Positions 12,791 through 24,214 of a stretch of DNA of 64,000 nt are shown piece by piece. Each line of letters begins with the position of its first letter. Within the stretch, counting starts at the first letter, position 1. The notes under the pieces are model-generated. The model ran no database searches. It had not been told where the DNA came from and saw nothing but the letters and a program-made list of their open reading frames with translations. Source of the DNA: Isurus oxyrinchus (Eukaryota); the NCBI GenBank assembly GCA_026770705.1, contig JANJGN010000102.1:434001-498000 (forward strand), read 5' to 3'. A program made the position numbers and the translations under genes.

Positions 12791-13155
12791 TGGCCGGATT
12801 AGTTTCAGTCAGAGAAGATCCTTCCGGATTTTCTCCCCCCAGTTAGCCTGGGTTTGTAACCTGGCTCCTCACCTCTCCCAGGTGATGAGGTGTCTGTCAG
12901 GTGCAGAGGTGACTGCAGATCCTGGGATGCACAAGCATCAGTGGGGCGGGCTGGATGTGACACGCCCATTCCAGGAAAATCCTTTTTTTAGGGTTTTGTG
13001 GAGATCCTCGAGTCTCAGGTAGTTTGCAATTCGCGGGAAAGCAGGAAGGTGCTGGGAACGACCTTGGACCTCAGAGTTGGCACAGGCAGGAACATCAATG
13101 TTCCAGTGCCCTTGGAAAAGAGCAGAATGATTTCAGCAGCCATGAGGCCCCGTAC

Positions 13156-13266
13156 CTTGACGTTTCATTCGAAAAACAGCTCCAGTTACGGCAGTCAGGA
13201 TGCCACTAATTCCGAACAATATTCCAACAATGGCCGCAGCAGACAGTGAGCTCTTACGTTGGGGGT
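13156..13266 (-). pseudogene. WB: WB connecting peptide/TM exon (frame intact)
   Basis: Acceptor ttttggaag|, donor G|GTACGG, 111 nt (the class II beta TM exon size). DPQRKSSLSAAAIVGILFGISGILTAVTGAVFRMKRQ carries the beta-chain GxxxxxxGxxxxxxG motif. Confidence 0.88.
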
Positions 13267-13439
13267 CTTCCAAAAAGCCAAGGACACAAAGGGCAGAAAG
13301 ATCGAAAAGTGAATGAAAATAAAACAGAAAATGTCATCCACTTCAGCACAACGAAATTCCACTTTCCAATCACTGTTTCTGCACAACTTTCCGATTGTCC
13401 AGTCAGTGCTTTTCCAGGATAAACCATTGCGCAATCCTG

Positions 13440-13782
13440 ACCCCATCAAACACTCCCAGGACAGGTACAGCATGGGATTAGATACAGATTAAAGCTCCCC
13501 CTACATTGTCCCCATCAAACACTCTCTGGACAGGTACAGCACGGGGTTAGATACAGAGTAAAGCTCCCTCTACACTGTCCCCATCAAACACTCCCAGGAC
13601 AGATACAGCACGGGGTTAGATACAGAGTAAAGCTCCCTCTACACTGTCCCCATCAAACACTCCCAGGACAGATACAGCACGGGGTTAGATACAGAGTAAA
13701 GCTCCCTCTACACTGTCCCCATCAAACACTCCCAGGACAGGTACAGCACGGGGTTAGATACAGAGTAAAGCTCCCTCTACAC
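13440..13782 (+). repeat. 69-bp minisatellite (resumes at 16595-16731 after the Penelope insertion)
   Basis: Unit ctctacactgtccccatcaaacactcccaggacaggtacagcacggggttagatacagagtaaagctcc. Confidence 0.95.
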
Positions 13783-16594
13783 CAAAGCTTCCTCTAGGAC
13801 CCTCCACCCCAGCCTGTCCCTCCGTCCCCACCCCATCTTCCAATCCCAGCCCCAGCCGTGTATTCACTATACCCCCTGACCTTCCCCTCTCCGATGCTGA
13901 ACGTTCAGTGCTCAGCAAAGGACTTAGTTTCATACCCTTACGCCCTCACCTCAATGAATTTCGGGCTCGGCATGATACTGAACTCTTCTTTCGCCGTCTT
14001 CGTCTCCGGGCTCACTTCTTTGGGCAGGAGTCCTCTCCCAGTTCAACGGATCCTTTTACCCATCTCCAATATTCTCCCTCCACCTGGACCCCTCCCTCTG
14101 GATTCTTACCTTCTCTTGATCTTTTCATTGAGAACTGTCGGCGCGACATTAGTCGTCTCAATTTCTCTGCTCCTCTCACCCATTCTAACCTGTCTCTCTC
14201 TGAACTTACTGCACTCCATTCTCTCAGGTCCAACCCTGACATTGTCATCAAACCCGCTGACAAGGGTGGTGCTGTTGTTGTCTGGCGCACTGACCTCTAC
14301 CTCGCGGAGGCTGAGCGTCAACTCGCAGACACTTCCTCCTACCTCTCCCTGGACCATGACCCCACCACTGAACATCAAGCCATTGTTTCCAGGACTGTCA
14401 CTGACCTCATCTCCTCTGGGGATCTCCCTCCCACAGCTTCCAACCTGATAGTCGCCCAACCTCGGACGGCCCGCTTCTATCTCCTACCTAAAATCCACAA
14501 ACAGAACTGCCCCGGTAGACCGATCGTCTCAGCTTGCTCCTGCCCCACAGAACTCATTTCTCGTTATCTTGACTCCCTTCTCTCTCCCCTTGTCCAGGCC
14601 CTTCCCACCTACATCCGTGATTCCTCTGACACCTTACGTCACATCAACAATTTCCAGTTCCCTGGCTCCAACCGCTTCCTCTTCACCATGGACGTCCAAT
14701 CCCTCTACACCTCCATCCCCCACCAGGATGGTCTGAGGGCCCTTAGCTTCTTCCTCGAACAGAGGCCCGAACAATCCCCATCCACCACTACTCTCCTCCG
14801 TCTGGCTGAACTTGTTCTCACGTTGAACAATTTCTCCTTCAACTCCTCTCACTTTCTCCAAATAAAAGGTGTGGCTATGGGTACCCGCATGGGCCCCAGC
14901 TATGCCTGTCTCTTTATGGGATATGTGGAACATTCCTTGTTGCAGTCCTACCCCGGCCCCCTTCCACAACTTTTTCTCCGGTACATCGATGATTACTTCG
15001 GTGCCGCTTCGTGCTCTCGTCGGGACTTGGAAAAATTTATTAATTTTGCTTCCAATCTCCACCCTTCCATCATTTTCACGTGGTCCATCTCTGACACTTC
15101 CCTTCCCTTCCTTGACCTCTCTGTCTCAATCTCTGGTGATAGACTGTCCACTAATATCCATTACAAACCCACCGACTCCCACAGCTACCTCGACTACAGC
15201 TCCTCACACCCCGCTTCCTGTAAGGACTCCATCCCATTCTCCCAGTTCCTTCGCCTTCGTCGCATCTGTTCCGATGATGCTACCTTCAAAAACGGTTCCT
15301 CTGACATGTCCTCCTTCTTCCTTAACCGAGGTTTTCCACCGACGGTCGTTGACAGGGCCCTCAACCGTGTCCGGCCCATCTCCCGCGCATCCGCCCTCAC
15401 GCCTTCTCCTCCCTCCCAGAAACATGATAGGGTCCCCCTTGTCCTCACTTATCACCCCACCAGCCTCCGCATTCAAAGGATCATCCTCCGCCATTTCCGC
15501 CAACTCCAGCATGATGACACCACCAAACACATCTTCCCTTCACCCCCCTTATCGGCATTCCGTAGGGATCGCTCCCTCCGGGACACCCTGGTCCACTCCT
15601 CCATCACCCCCTACTCCTCAACCCCCTCCTATGGCACCACCCCATGCCCACGCAAAAGATGTAACACCTGCCCCTTCACTTCCTCTCTCCTCACCGTCCA
15701 AGGGCCCAAACACTCCTTTCAAGTGAAGCAGCATTTCACTTGCATTTCCCCCAACTTAGTCTACTGCATTCGTTGCTCCCAATGTGGTCTCCTCTACATT
15801 GGAGAGACCAAACGTAAACTGGGCGACCGCTTTGCAGAACACCTGCGGTCTGTCCGCAAGAATGACCCAAACCTCCCTGTCGCTTGCCATTTTAACACTC
15901 CACCCTGCTCTCTTGCCCACATGTCTGTCCTTGGCTTACTGCATTGTTCCAGTGAAGCCCAACGCAAACTGGAGGAACAACACCTCATCTTCCTACTAGG
16001 CACCTTACAGCCTTCCGGTCTGAATATTGAATTCAATAACTTTAGGTCGTGAGCTCCCTCCCCCATCCCCACCCCCTTTCTGTTTCCCCCTTTTTTTTCC
16101 CCCTTTTTTTTCCCTATAAATTTTATAGATTTTTCTTTTCCCACCTATTTCCATTATTTTTAAATATTTTAAAATCTTTTATGCTCCCCCCACCCCCACT
16201 AGAGCTGTACCTTGAGTGCCCTACCATCCATTCTTAATTAGCACATTCGTTTAGATAATATCACCAACTTTAACTTTAACACCTATGTGTTCTTTTGTCC
16301 CATTGTCACTGACATCTTTTGATGATCTGCTTCTATCACAGCTTGTTTGTCTACACAAGCACCTCTGTCTCTCTCTCTCTCTCCGCCACCCCCCCCCCCG
16401 CCCGCCCCACACACCTTAAACCAGCTTATATTTCAACTCTTTCCTGGACTCGAAATCAAGTTCTGTCGAAGGGTCATGAAGACTCGAAACGTCAACTCTT
16501 TTCTTCTCCGCCGATGCTGCCAGACCTGCTGAGTTTTTCCAGGTAATTCTGTTTTTGTTTTGGATTTCCAGCATCCGCAGTTTCCTTTGTTTTA
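13783..16594 (+). mobile_element. Penelope-like retroelement, 5'-truncated, young
   Basis: Uninterrupted RT + GIY-YIG ORF and 3' terminal region. CCTCTACAC is duplicated at 13774-13782 and 16595-16603. Confidence 0.93.
13908..16052 (+). CDS. Penelope-type reverse transcriptase with GIY-YIG endonuclease
   Basis: IKPADKGGAVV, LPKIHK, RPIVS, MDVQSLYT, GVAMG, RYIDD; C-terminal NLVYCIRC..CGLLYIGETKR.L..RF.EH. The listed start is a GTG, and the frame continues to the truncation point. Confidence 0.93.
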   Translation: MLSKGLSFIPLRPHLNEFRARHDTELFFRRLRLRAHFFGQESSPSSTDPFTHLQYSPSTWTPPSGFLPSLDLFIENCRRDISRLNFSAPLTHSNLSLSELTALHSLRSNPDIVIKPADKGGAVVVWRTDLYLAEAERQLADTSSYLSLDHDPTTEHQAIVSRTVTDLISSGDLPPTASNLIVAQPRTARFYLLPKIHKQNCPGRPIVSACSCPTELISRYLDSLLSPLVQALPTYIRDSSDTLRHINNFQFPGSNRFLFTMDVQSLYTSIPHQDGLRALSFFLEQRPEQSPSTTTLLRLAELVLTLNNFSFNSSHFLQIKGVAMGTRMGPSYACLFMGYVEHSLLQSYPGPLPQLFLRYIDDYFGAASCSRRDLEKFINFASNLHPSIIFTWSISDTSLPFLDLSVSISGDRLSTNIHYKPTDSHSYLDYSSSHPASCKDSIPFSQFLRLRRICSDDATFKNGSSDMSSFFLNRGFPPTVVDRALNRVRPISRASALTPSPPSQKHDRVPLVLTYHPTSLRIQRIILRHFRQLQHDDTTKHIFPSPPLSAFRRDRSLRDTLVHSSITPYSSTPSYGTTPCPRKRCNTCPFTSSLLTVQGPKHSFQVKQHFTCISPNLVYCIRCSQCGLLYIGETKRKLGDRFAEHLRSVRKNDPNLPVACHFNTPPCSLAHMSVLGLLHCSSEAQRKLEEQHLIFLLGTLQPSGLNIEFNNFRS

Positions 16595-16855
16595 CCTCTA
16601 CACTGTCCCCATCAAACACTCCCAGGACAAGTACAGCACCGGGTTAGATACAGTGTAAAGCTCCCTCTGCATTGTCCCCATCAAACACTCCCAGGACAGG
16701 TACAGCACGGGGTTAGATACAGAGTAAAGCTGTGTTTACACCTTCACCCAGGGTTGATTGGTCAGTTTATGAGGCATTGTTTGTCTCCCACCCTCTTTTA
16801 CTGGACACATCGAGCCTATTGCTTAATGCATGTATCGAGGGTGATCAGGACCTAC

Positions 16856-17126
16856 CCCAGTTGGTGCGGTGTCCATCTGGAAAAGTGACATGCTCCACAA
16901 AGCACGTGTACATGTCCTCTGTCTTGGGGTCAATGTTGATGAATGCAGCCGTCTGGAAGGCCTTCTCACTGTTGGGAAGGATCTGAGTCTGTACCACTTG
17001 CTCGTCAATGTTCCCATCATTTTTTAGCCAGGGCGCTTGGATCGAAGCCGGCGACTGTACACTGAAGTTGGCTGGAATGGTCAAAGTCTTCCAGATCGTA
17101 GAAGGAGATGGTCACTGAAGGGGACG
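16856..17126 (-). pseudogene. WB: WB beta2 Ig C1-set exon with a frameshifting deletion
   Basis: Acceptor ccattctcag|, donor TGG G|GTAGG. Frame A reads SPSVTISFYDLEDFDHSSQLQCTVAGFDPSA; frame B reads WLKNDGNIDEQVVQTQILPNSEKAFQTAAFINIDPKTEDMYTCFVEHVTFPDGHRTNW. Length 271 nt, 11 short of the usual 282-nt beta2 exon. Confidence 0.88.
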
Positions 17127-17264
17127 CTGAGAATGGACAGGGTTATTTTCAATTCAGCACTCCCTCTCACACCTGCTCCCAATATTTCCTCCAAGCCCGT
17201 CTCCCACTCTCACTGGGCTACTGCCTCCAAGGACAGTGACTGTTCTCTGCTACTTACCTTCATT

Positions 17265-18020
17265 AGGAACACAGGAACATGAGGAGGCCCATTCAGCCCC
17301 TCCTCGAGCTTGTAACACAAGAACAGGAGGAGGCCCATTCAGACCCTCCTCAAGCCTGTTACACAGGAACCAGAGGAGGCCCATTCAGCCCCTCGAGCCT
17401 ATTACACAGGAACAGGACAAGGCTCATTCAGTCCGTCATGAAGCCTGTTGCACAGGAACAGGAGGAGACCCATTCACCCCCTCCTTAAGCCTGTTACACA
17501 GGAACGGGGGAAGCCATTCAGCCTCCATTTCGAGCCTGTTACACAGGAACAGGAGGAGGCCATTCAGCCCCTCTCGAGTCTGTTATACAGGAACAGGATG
17601 TGGCCATTCTGCCACCTCTTGAGTCTGTTACACAGGAACAGGAAGAGTCCAGCCCCCTTCTCGAGCCTGTTACACAGGAACAGGAGGAGGCCATTCAGCC
17701 CCTCTCGAGTCTGTTATACAGGAACAGGAGGTGGCCATTCTGCCACCTCTTGAGTCTGTTACACAGGAACAGGAAGAGTCCAGCCCCCTTCTCGAGCCTG
17801 TTACACAGGAACAGGAGGAGGCCATTCAGCCCCTTTCGAGTCTGTTATACAGGAACAGGAGGTGGCCATTCTGCCACCTCTTGAGTCTGTTACACATGAA
17901 CAGGAAGAGTCCAGCCCCCTTCTCGAGCCTGTTACACAGGAACAGGAGGAGGCTATTCAGACCCCTCTTGAGCCTCTAACACAGTAACAAAAAAGAGGCC
18001 ATTCTGCATCCTCATGCCTA
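17265..18020 (+). repeat. About 43-bp minisatellite with a 131-bp higher-order unit (also about 23545-23865)
   Basis: Unit acacaggaacaggaggaggccattcagcccctcgagcctgtt. Confidence 0.9.
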
Positions 18021-18499
18021 TTGCGCCATTCAATGAGGTCATAGCTCTTCTGTGACCTAACTTCACATACCCGCCTTCGCCTCATATCCCTTAACACCTC
18101 TGGCTTGAAAAAAATCTCTCAATCTCTCTTTTAGAATTAAGAATCGGTGCAGCATTAAATCGCCATTTATGAGAGAGTCCCAAGCTCTCTATCACACTTT
18201 ACGTGTGGAATTCCCAGGTCTAGAGACACGTGAGGCAGTCAAAGCACAAGCTTCGGTCGGTTTCCATAGCCAGTTTCTCCTGCAACAGGTTGCAGGAGGC
18301 TATAGCTCGAGGACTGCCTCTCCACATCAAGCACTCCTCACCAGGAGACCCTCGTGCCTGCCAAAGGCATAGTGGAAGGATTGACAGGTCATTAATCAAC
18401 TAGCCTGGCCTTGTTATTGTTTATTGCAAGGGGAATTGAATACAAAAGGAGGGAGGTTATGCTTCAGTTGTGCAGGGCACTGGGGAGACCACACCTTGA

Positions 18500-21400
18500 G
18501 ATCTTGCTGTGCACGGCACCACTGTCACATCGGTTGAGGGTAGCAGTGTTCGCTGCCGAAGGAATCAAGCTGTGTGCGAGTGAGAGGCACGCTGAGCCTG
18601 ATGAGCAGGCGGTGGGAGGAGGACGGGGAAGTGTGGGAGGGCACGTGTCTCTGCGCGCTGTTTAGGGAGCTTCTCCCAACTGTCGCACGTCTTATTGCTT
18701 CCTCGCAGACGCTGAGGAGCATGACAGTGACACTTCCGTCAGCCTTAGCCAACTGGCAAAAAAAACATGTCACGTGGTGAGGGAATGGAAAGATTCTGGA
18801 TTTATTGCATAGGATGAGGCCAGCCAGCACAATTGGATATTTTCCATACATTCAACAGACCCAGAGCTCTGAGATGCAGAGGAATCAGGGTGTCCCAGTG
18901 CATGAATCACATAGTAGGCAGGTACAGCAAGTCATAAGGAAAGCTAATTGAATGTTATCGTTTATTGTGAGCTGAATTGAACGGAAAAGTAGGGAGGTTA
19001 TGCTTCAGTTGTACAGGGCACTGGTGAGACCACATTTGAAGTACTGTGTACAGTATTGGTCACCTTATTTAAGGAAGGATGTAAATACATCAGAAGCGGT
19101 TCAGAGAAGGTTTACCAGACTAATACCAGGAATGGGCGGGTTGTCTAATGAGGAAAGGTTGGCTAGGCTTGTATCCGCTGGAGTTTAGAAGAGTAAGAGG
19201 TGACTTGATTGAATCCTTTAAGATCCTGAGGGGTCTTGACAGGCTGGATGTGGAGAGAATGTTTCCTCTTGTGGGAGAATCTAGAAGCAGGGGGGTCACT
19301 GTTTAAAAATAAGGGGTCACCCATTTAAGAAAGAGATAAGGAGAAATTTATTCTCTCAGAGGGTTGTGAGTCTTTGGAACTCTCTTCCTCCATAGGTGGT
19401 GGAAGCAGAGTCTTTGAATATTTTTAAGGCAGAGGTGTATAGATTCTTGATAAGCAAGGGGGTGAAAGGTTGGTGGGAATGTGGGGTTGAGGTTACAATC
19501 GGATCAGCCATGATCTTATTGAATGGCAGAGCAGGTTTGAGGGGCTGAGTGGCCTACACCTGCCCTGAATTTGTACGTTCAATACCAGTGTACCTTCGTT
19601 GGCCATCAAGTCCTGTGGTGTAGTATGGACACTACACGCTGCACCACTGGACCTGCTCTTTGTGTATAGGAATCTTTCCTCATTTCACTCCTGAAAGATC
19701 TGCCTCTCACTTTTTAGACTCTGCCCCGTCATCCCAGACTCCCCCAACTTCAATCAAATCACCCCCTGAACTTTGTAGCATTGGAGGCGGTACAGTGAAG
19801 GTTCTCGAGATTGGTCCCTGGGATGAGGGGGGTTGTCCTATGGTGAGAGGCTGAGTAAATTGGTCCGATATTCTCTAGGGTTTAGAAGAATGAGAGGCGA
19901 TCTCATTGAGACATACAAAATTCTGAAGGGGTTTGACAGGGTGGACACAGAGAGATCATTTCCACTGCTCGGGGAATCTAAAACACGGGGGCACAGTCTC
20001 AGGCTAAGGGGCTGATCGTTTCGGACTGAGATGAGAAGTTTCTTCACTCAAACGGTTGTGACTCTTTGGAACTCTCTCCGCCAGAGGGTTGTGGATGCTC
20101 CATTGTTGAAGACATTTAAGGCTGGGATGGACGGATGTTTGGTCTCTCAGGGAACTGAGGGGAGCAGGTGGGATAATGGAGTTGAAGCCCAAGATCAGCC
20201 ATGATCATATTGAATGGCGGGCCAGGCTTAATGGGCCAAATGGTCCACTCCTGCTCCCATTTTTTGTGTTTTTGTGAATAATATTCTAGAGCAGGAACCG
20301 TCATTGAATGCCCAGCCTCCCACAGGCCATGAATGCTGAAAGGAGTTCCAGTAATAGTTCACACCAACCCAATTTGGGGTCCGCTAAAACGGTGCAGTCC
20401 TGGGATCAGGGACACTTCACAGCAATGCTTTTAACCGCAGGTACTTTAAGAGAATTAAATAGGGCTAAGAAAGTGCAATGACTTCATCGCATTGACAAGC
20501 TCTTCACATCCATATATCCCTACTGTGGCTACAAGCGCAGGTCTGAGGCTGGGAATCCCACGGTGACTACTAACTCACCTCCTGACTCCCCAAAGCCTGT
20601 CCACCATCTACAAGTCAGGAGTGTGATGGAATACTCCCCACTTGCCTGGATGAGTCTAGCTCCAACAACACTCAAGAAGCTCGACACCGTCCAGGGCAAA
20701 GCAGCCCCGCTTGATCAGCACTCTATCCACCAACATTCACTCCCTCCACCACTGACACACAGTAATAGCAGTGCGTATCATCTCTTGCTCCAACTGGACA
20801 GGGCGTTAGTGAGGCTGCACCTGGAGTACTGTGTCAGCTTACTTAAGGGGGGATAGACTCACACTGGAGGCCCTTCAGAGAAGGTTCACTCAGCTGATTC
20901 CTGGGATGAAGGGGGTTTGTCTTATGGGGAAAGGTTCAGCAGGTTGGGCCTGTACCCATTGGAGTTTAGAAGAATGAGAGGTGATCTTATTGAAACATAT
21001 CACTGTCGCTGGGTCAAAATCCTGGAAACCCCCTTCCCAAACATCACAGTGGGTGTACCTACACCACACAGACTGCAGCGGCTCAAGAAGGCGGCTCCCC
21101 ACCACCTTCTCAAGGGGCAATTAGGGATGGGCAACAAATGCTGCGCTTGGCCAGCGATGCCCACATCCCGTGAATGAGTGAAAATAAAGAAATTAAGTGA
21201 CCTGCATTTTACGAGCTGCCTAATCTGATCTCTCAAAAAAAAATACCCCGGCACACTACAAAACTGTTCTTGGCTTGCAATTGTTAAACTTCCCACAGCC
21301 AGTGGAACAGAAGTCAGTCTTAGATTTTTTCACAAAGTGAGACATTATAAATGTACAGCTTCAGACTCGACTACCCAGTGTCTCTTTTGAGCACAATAAA

Positions 21401-22400
21401 CAACTAATTAAACAAATTAACTAATTAACAGCCCCTGAAAGGGGCACTGTAACAGAAAAATCCCCAAAAATTTAGGTTAATACTCCTGGGGCTGATGACA
21501 CGCTCCAGCCCCTGTGGCTGTTGAATCTCAATCTCCTGGCTGAGACACGGGGAAGCTACCCACCCGCTTCACAAGATCACCAATGCCACCTTGCACTCTT
21601 TTAAGTAACCATTAAAAATTAAACCAATTAACAAGTAAACTAAAAGACAGGTTAATGGGGCACTGTCACAAAAAGACAAAACTTTAATGAAAAGTTAGCA
21701 ACTTAAATTAAAATGTCATTTCCGTGGCTGATGAGGCACTCCAGACCCCGTGGTGCCCACTGGCTACAGAAGGCCTCAAGCGCAACGGGCAGAAAGTGCC
21801 TCTTTGTACGTGCTCGAATAATCATTCAACCAACGCCCTCTGCTTCTATATACTTAAGCTTAATTTACACAATTAACAACTAGAGCAGTGCATTCAATCC
21901 TGGTTGCCACACTTGAGGAAGGATGTGAAGGTCTGTGAGCGGGTGAGGAGGGGGGTTTACCAGAAAAGCTCCAGGGATGAGGGATCTGTAGCTCCAGGGT
22001 TAGGTTGGAGAAGCTGGGGTTGTTCTCCTTGGAGCAAAGGAGAGATTTGGTAGAGGTGCACGAGGCTAGGACAGGTTTGGATAAGATAGACAAGGAAAAG
22101 CCATTCCCATTAGCCGACAGTACAGGAATTGGGGAGGGACACAGTTTGAAGGTTCTGGGCGAAGAGGGGATGCGAGGAGGAGCTTTATCGCGCAGCAAGC
22201 AGTAACAGCCTGGAACTCGCTGCCCACAAGGGTAGTGGAAGGGGAGATGAATGGTTTCGAATGGAAATTGGACAGTTTTCTTGAGGGAAATAAACTCGCA
22301 AGGGCTCGAGGGAGAGTGCGGGTGGAATGGGACTGATGGGATTGCTTTACAGAGAGATTGCATGGAGTAGATAGACCGAGAAGTCTCCTTCTGTGCTTTA
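18500..22400. mobile_element. Mosaic of CR1 and other LINE fragments in a WB intron
   Basis: Repeated CR1 ORF2 C-terminal motifs at 19000, 19833, 20917 and 22005. Confidence 0.75.
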
Positions 22401-24120
22401 ATGATTATATGGCTTCACTTTCAGTGTGTTAATTTGAGGAGCAGTGGCTACTGCAGGGGCAGTCAAAGCACTGGGTAAAGTCCCCATACAGAAGCCAGGC
22501 CACTGACCGATTGACCGGTCTTCGTTGGGTCAAATCGTGACCTGCCCTCAAAGAAAATGACACTTAACTGTTCTCGTAAGGGAACTACAGGAATTTTTAA
22601 GTCAACATGAATAAACGGTTAGGGTCTTGAATAAACAGGGGTTCCCAGGAGAGTGTGACAGTATGCACAGGGGTCCCCGAGGGACTGTGTCAGTATTTAC
22701 AGGGGGTCCCCGAGGGGTGTGTCAGTATTTACAGGTGGTCCCGGGGAGTATGTCAGTATTTACAGGGGGTCCCCGAGGGGTGTGTCAGTATTTACAGGGG
22801 GTCCCGGGGAGTATGTCAGTATTTACAGGGGGTCCCGGGGAGCATGTCAGTATTTACAGGGGGTCCCGGGGAGTGTGTCAGTGTTTACAGGGGGTCCCGG
22901 GGTGTGTGTCAGTATTTACAGGGGGTCCCGGGGAATGTGTCAGCTGCTGCACTGATTGCATATGGGAAATAACATTACCGAGAGGAGGCATGTTCGAGCA
23001 CCCACTCCAACTGGGGGACACCAAAGTGCATAAATCACAGAGGTGTCACGCGAGTTTGACAAATCCTCCACCAAATCCAAAGGCTTCTCAAGAGTCCTTA
23101 AGAAAACAGCCTTTGAGTTCAGGATCACTGCTTCTGGCAATGAAAGAACAGGCCTGCTAGTATCGGTTGAATCTCAGCACAGTTAATTATTTGAGAAATG
23201 TCATCACCTTAGTTTCAGTGACAGTGGATTTGATTTGTGTTTTCAGCCTTGCTCGGGCGCAAAGAGTTCCTGGTTAGGCTCATTTGAGATTAATCACACC
23301 TCTTATGTAAAGACTCTTATGTAATTCTCTCTGGCAGCATGATACGATGCTGTGCAATTCCAAGAATTCCCCATATCTAATCCTGCACATCTGAGGGGTT
23401 TTTTTGGGCAGTCTACCTGACCTCTGCAGGGTGCATCAGCTCGGATCAGAGTTGTGGTTGTGGGGTTTAGTTGTGTTAAGCTGTCTTGTTCCTGTAAAGG
23501 TACGGGAACTGCCTGTGGGGAAGTGGTCCAGATGGAGTTAAAAAGGAACAGGAGGAGAACATTCAGCCCCTCACGAGCATGATACACAGGAACAGGAAGA
23601 GGCTATTCAGCACCTCTTGAGCCTGTTGCACAGGAACAGGAGAATGCCATTCAGCCCCTCTTAAGCCTGTTTCTCAGGAACAGAAGCAGGGCATTCAGCT
23701 CCATTCGAGCCTTTTTCACAGAAACGGTAGGAGGCCATTCAGCCCCTCTCGGGCCTGTTGCATAGGAACAGGAGGAGGCCATTGAGCACCAACACCCCCT
23801 GCCTCACACCAGCCTGTTATACATAAACAGGAGGAGGCCATCCAGCCCTCTCGAGCCTATTATGCCTGGGGGAGGAATCTGTCTCTTGGCCTCGCGCAGC
23901 TGCTTGTGGGACCTTGCTGTGCGCAAAGAAGCTAAGGTGGTAACAGCAGTGACTGCAGTCCAGAAATCGTCCATGGGCTACAAAATGTGTTGGGACGTCC
24001 TGAGGTGGGAGGGGGGCAAGGGGGTGAGGTGAAAGTGTCAGTTGAGGAAGGCTCCTGACTCCCCCACCCCGCTTAAACCGACGTTTCAAATCCTGACACT
24101 CCCCCTAACCCCCTCCCGCC

Positions 24121-24214
24121 TCACATCAGTGAATTGACAGCTTTCTCATCCATGGCATAAACGGAGTAATCTGATCCGTCACAGACACAATGCAGTTCCT
24201 GTAAGGAAGTGGAT
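24121..24214 (-). pseudogene. WB: WB: probable truncated 5' part of the beta1 exon
   Basis: Acceptor ctgttctttcag| followed, one base out of phase, by LQELHCVCDGSDYSVYAMDEKAVNSLM* and then unrelated G-rich sequence. Position and early Cys fit a beta1 start. Confidence 0.5.

Noticed and set aside
22979-23133. Minus-strand AG...GT-bounded open segment as a WB exon
   Set aside because: The end phase is incompatible with the beta2 exon and there are no MHC motifs.
23290-23520. Minus-strand NSWNCTASYHAARENYIR as the missing second half of beta1
   Set aside because: Only vague resemblance, no second Cys in the right place, and no donor found. Needs tBLASTn.
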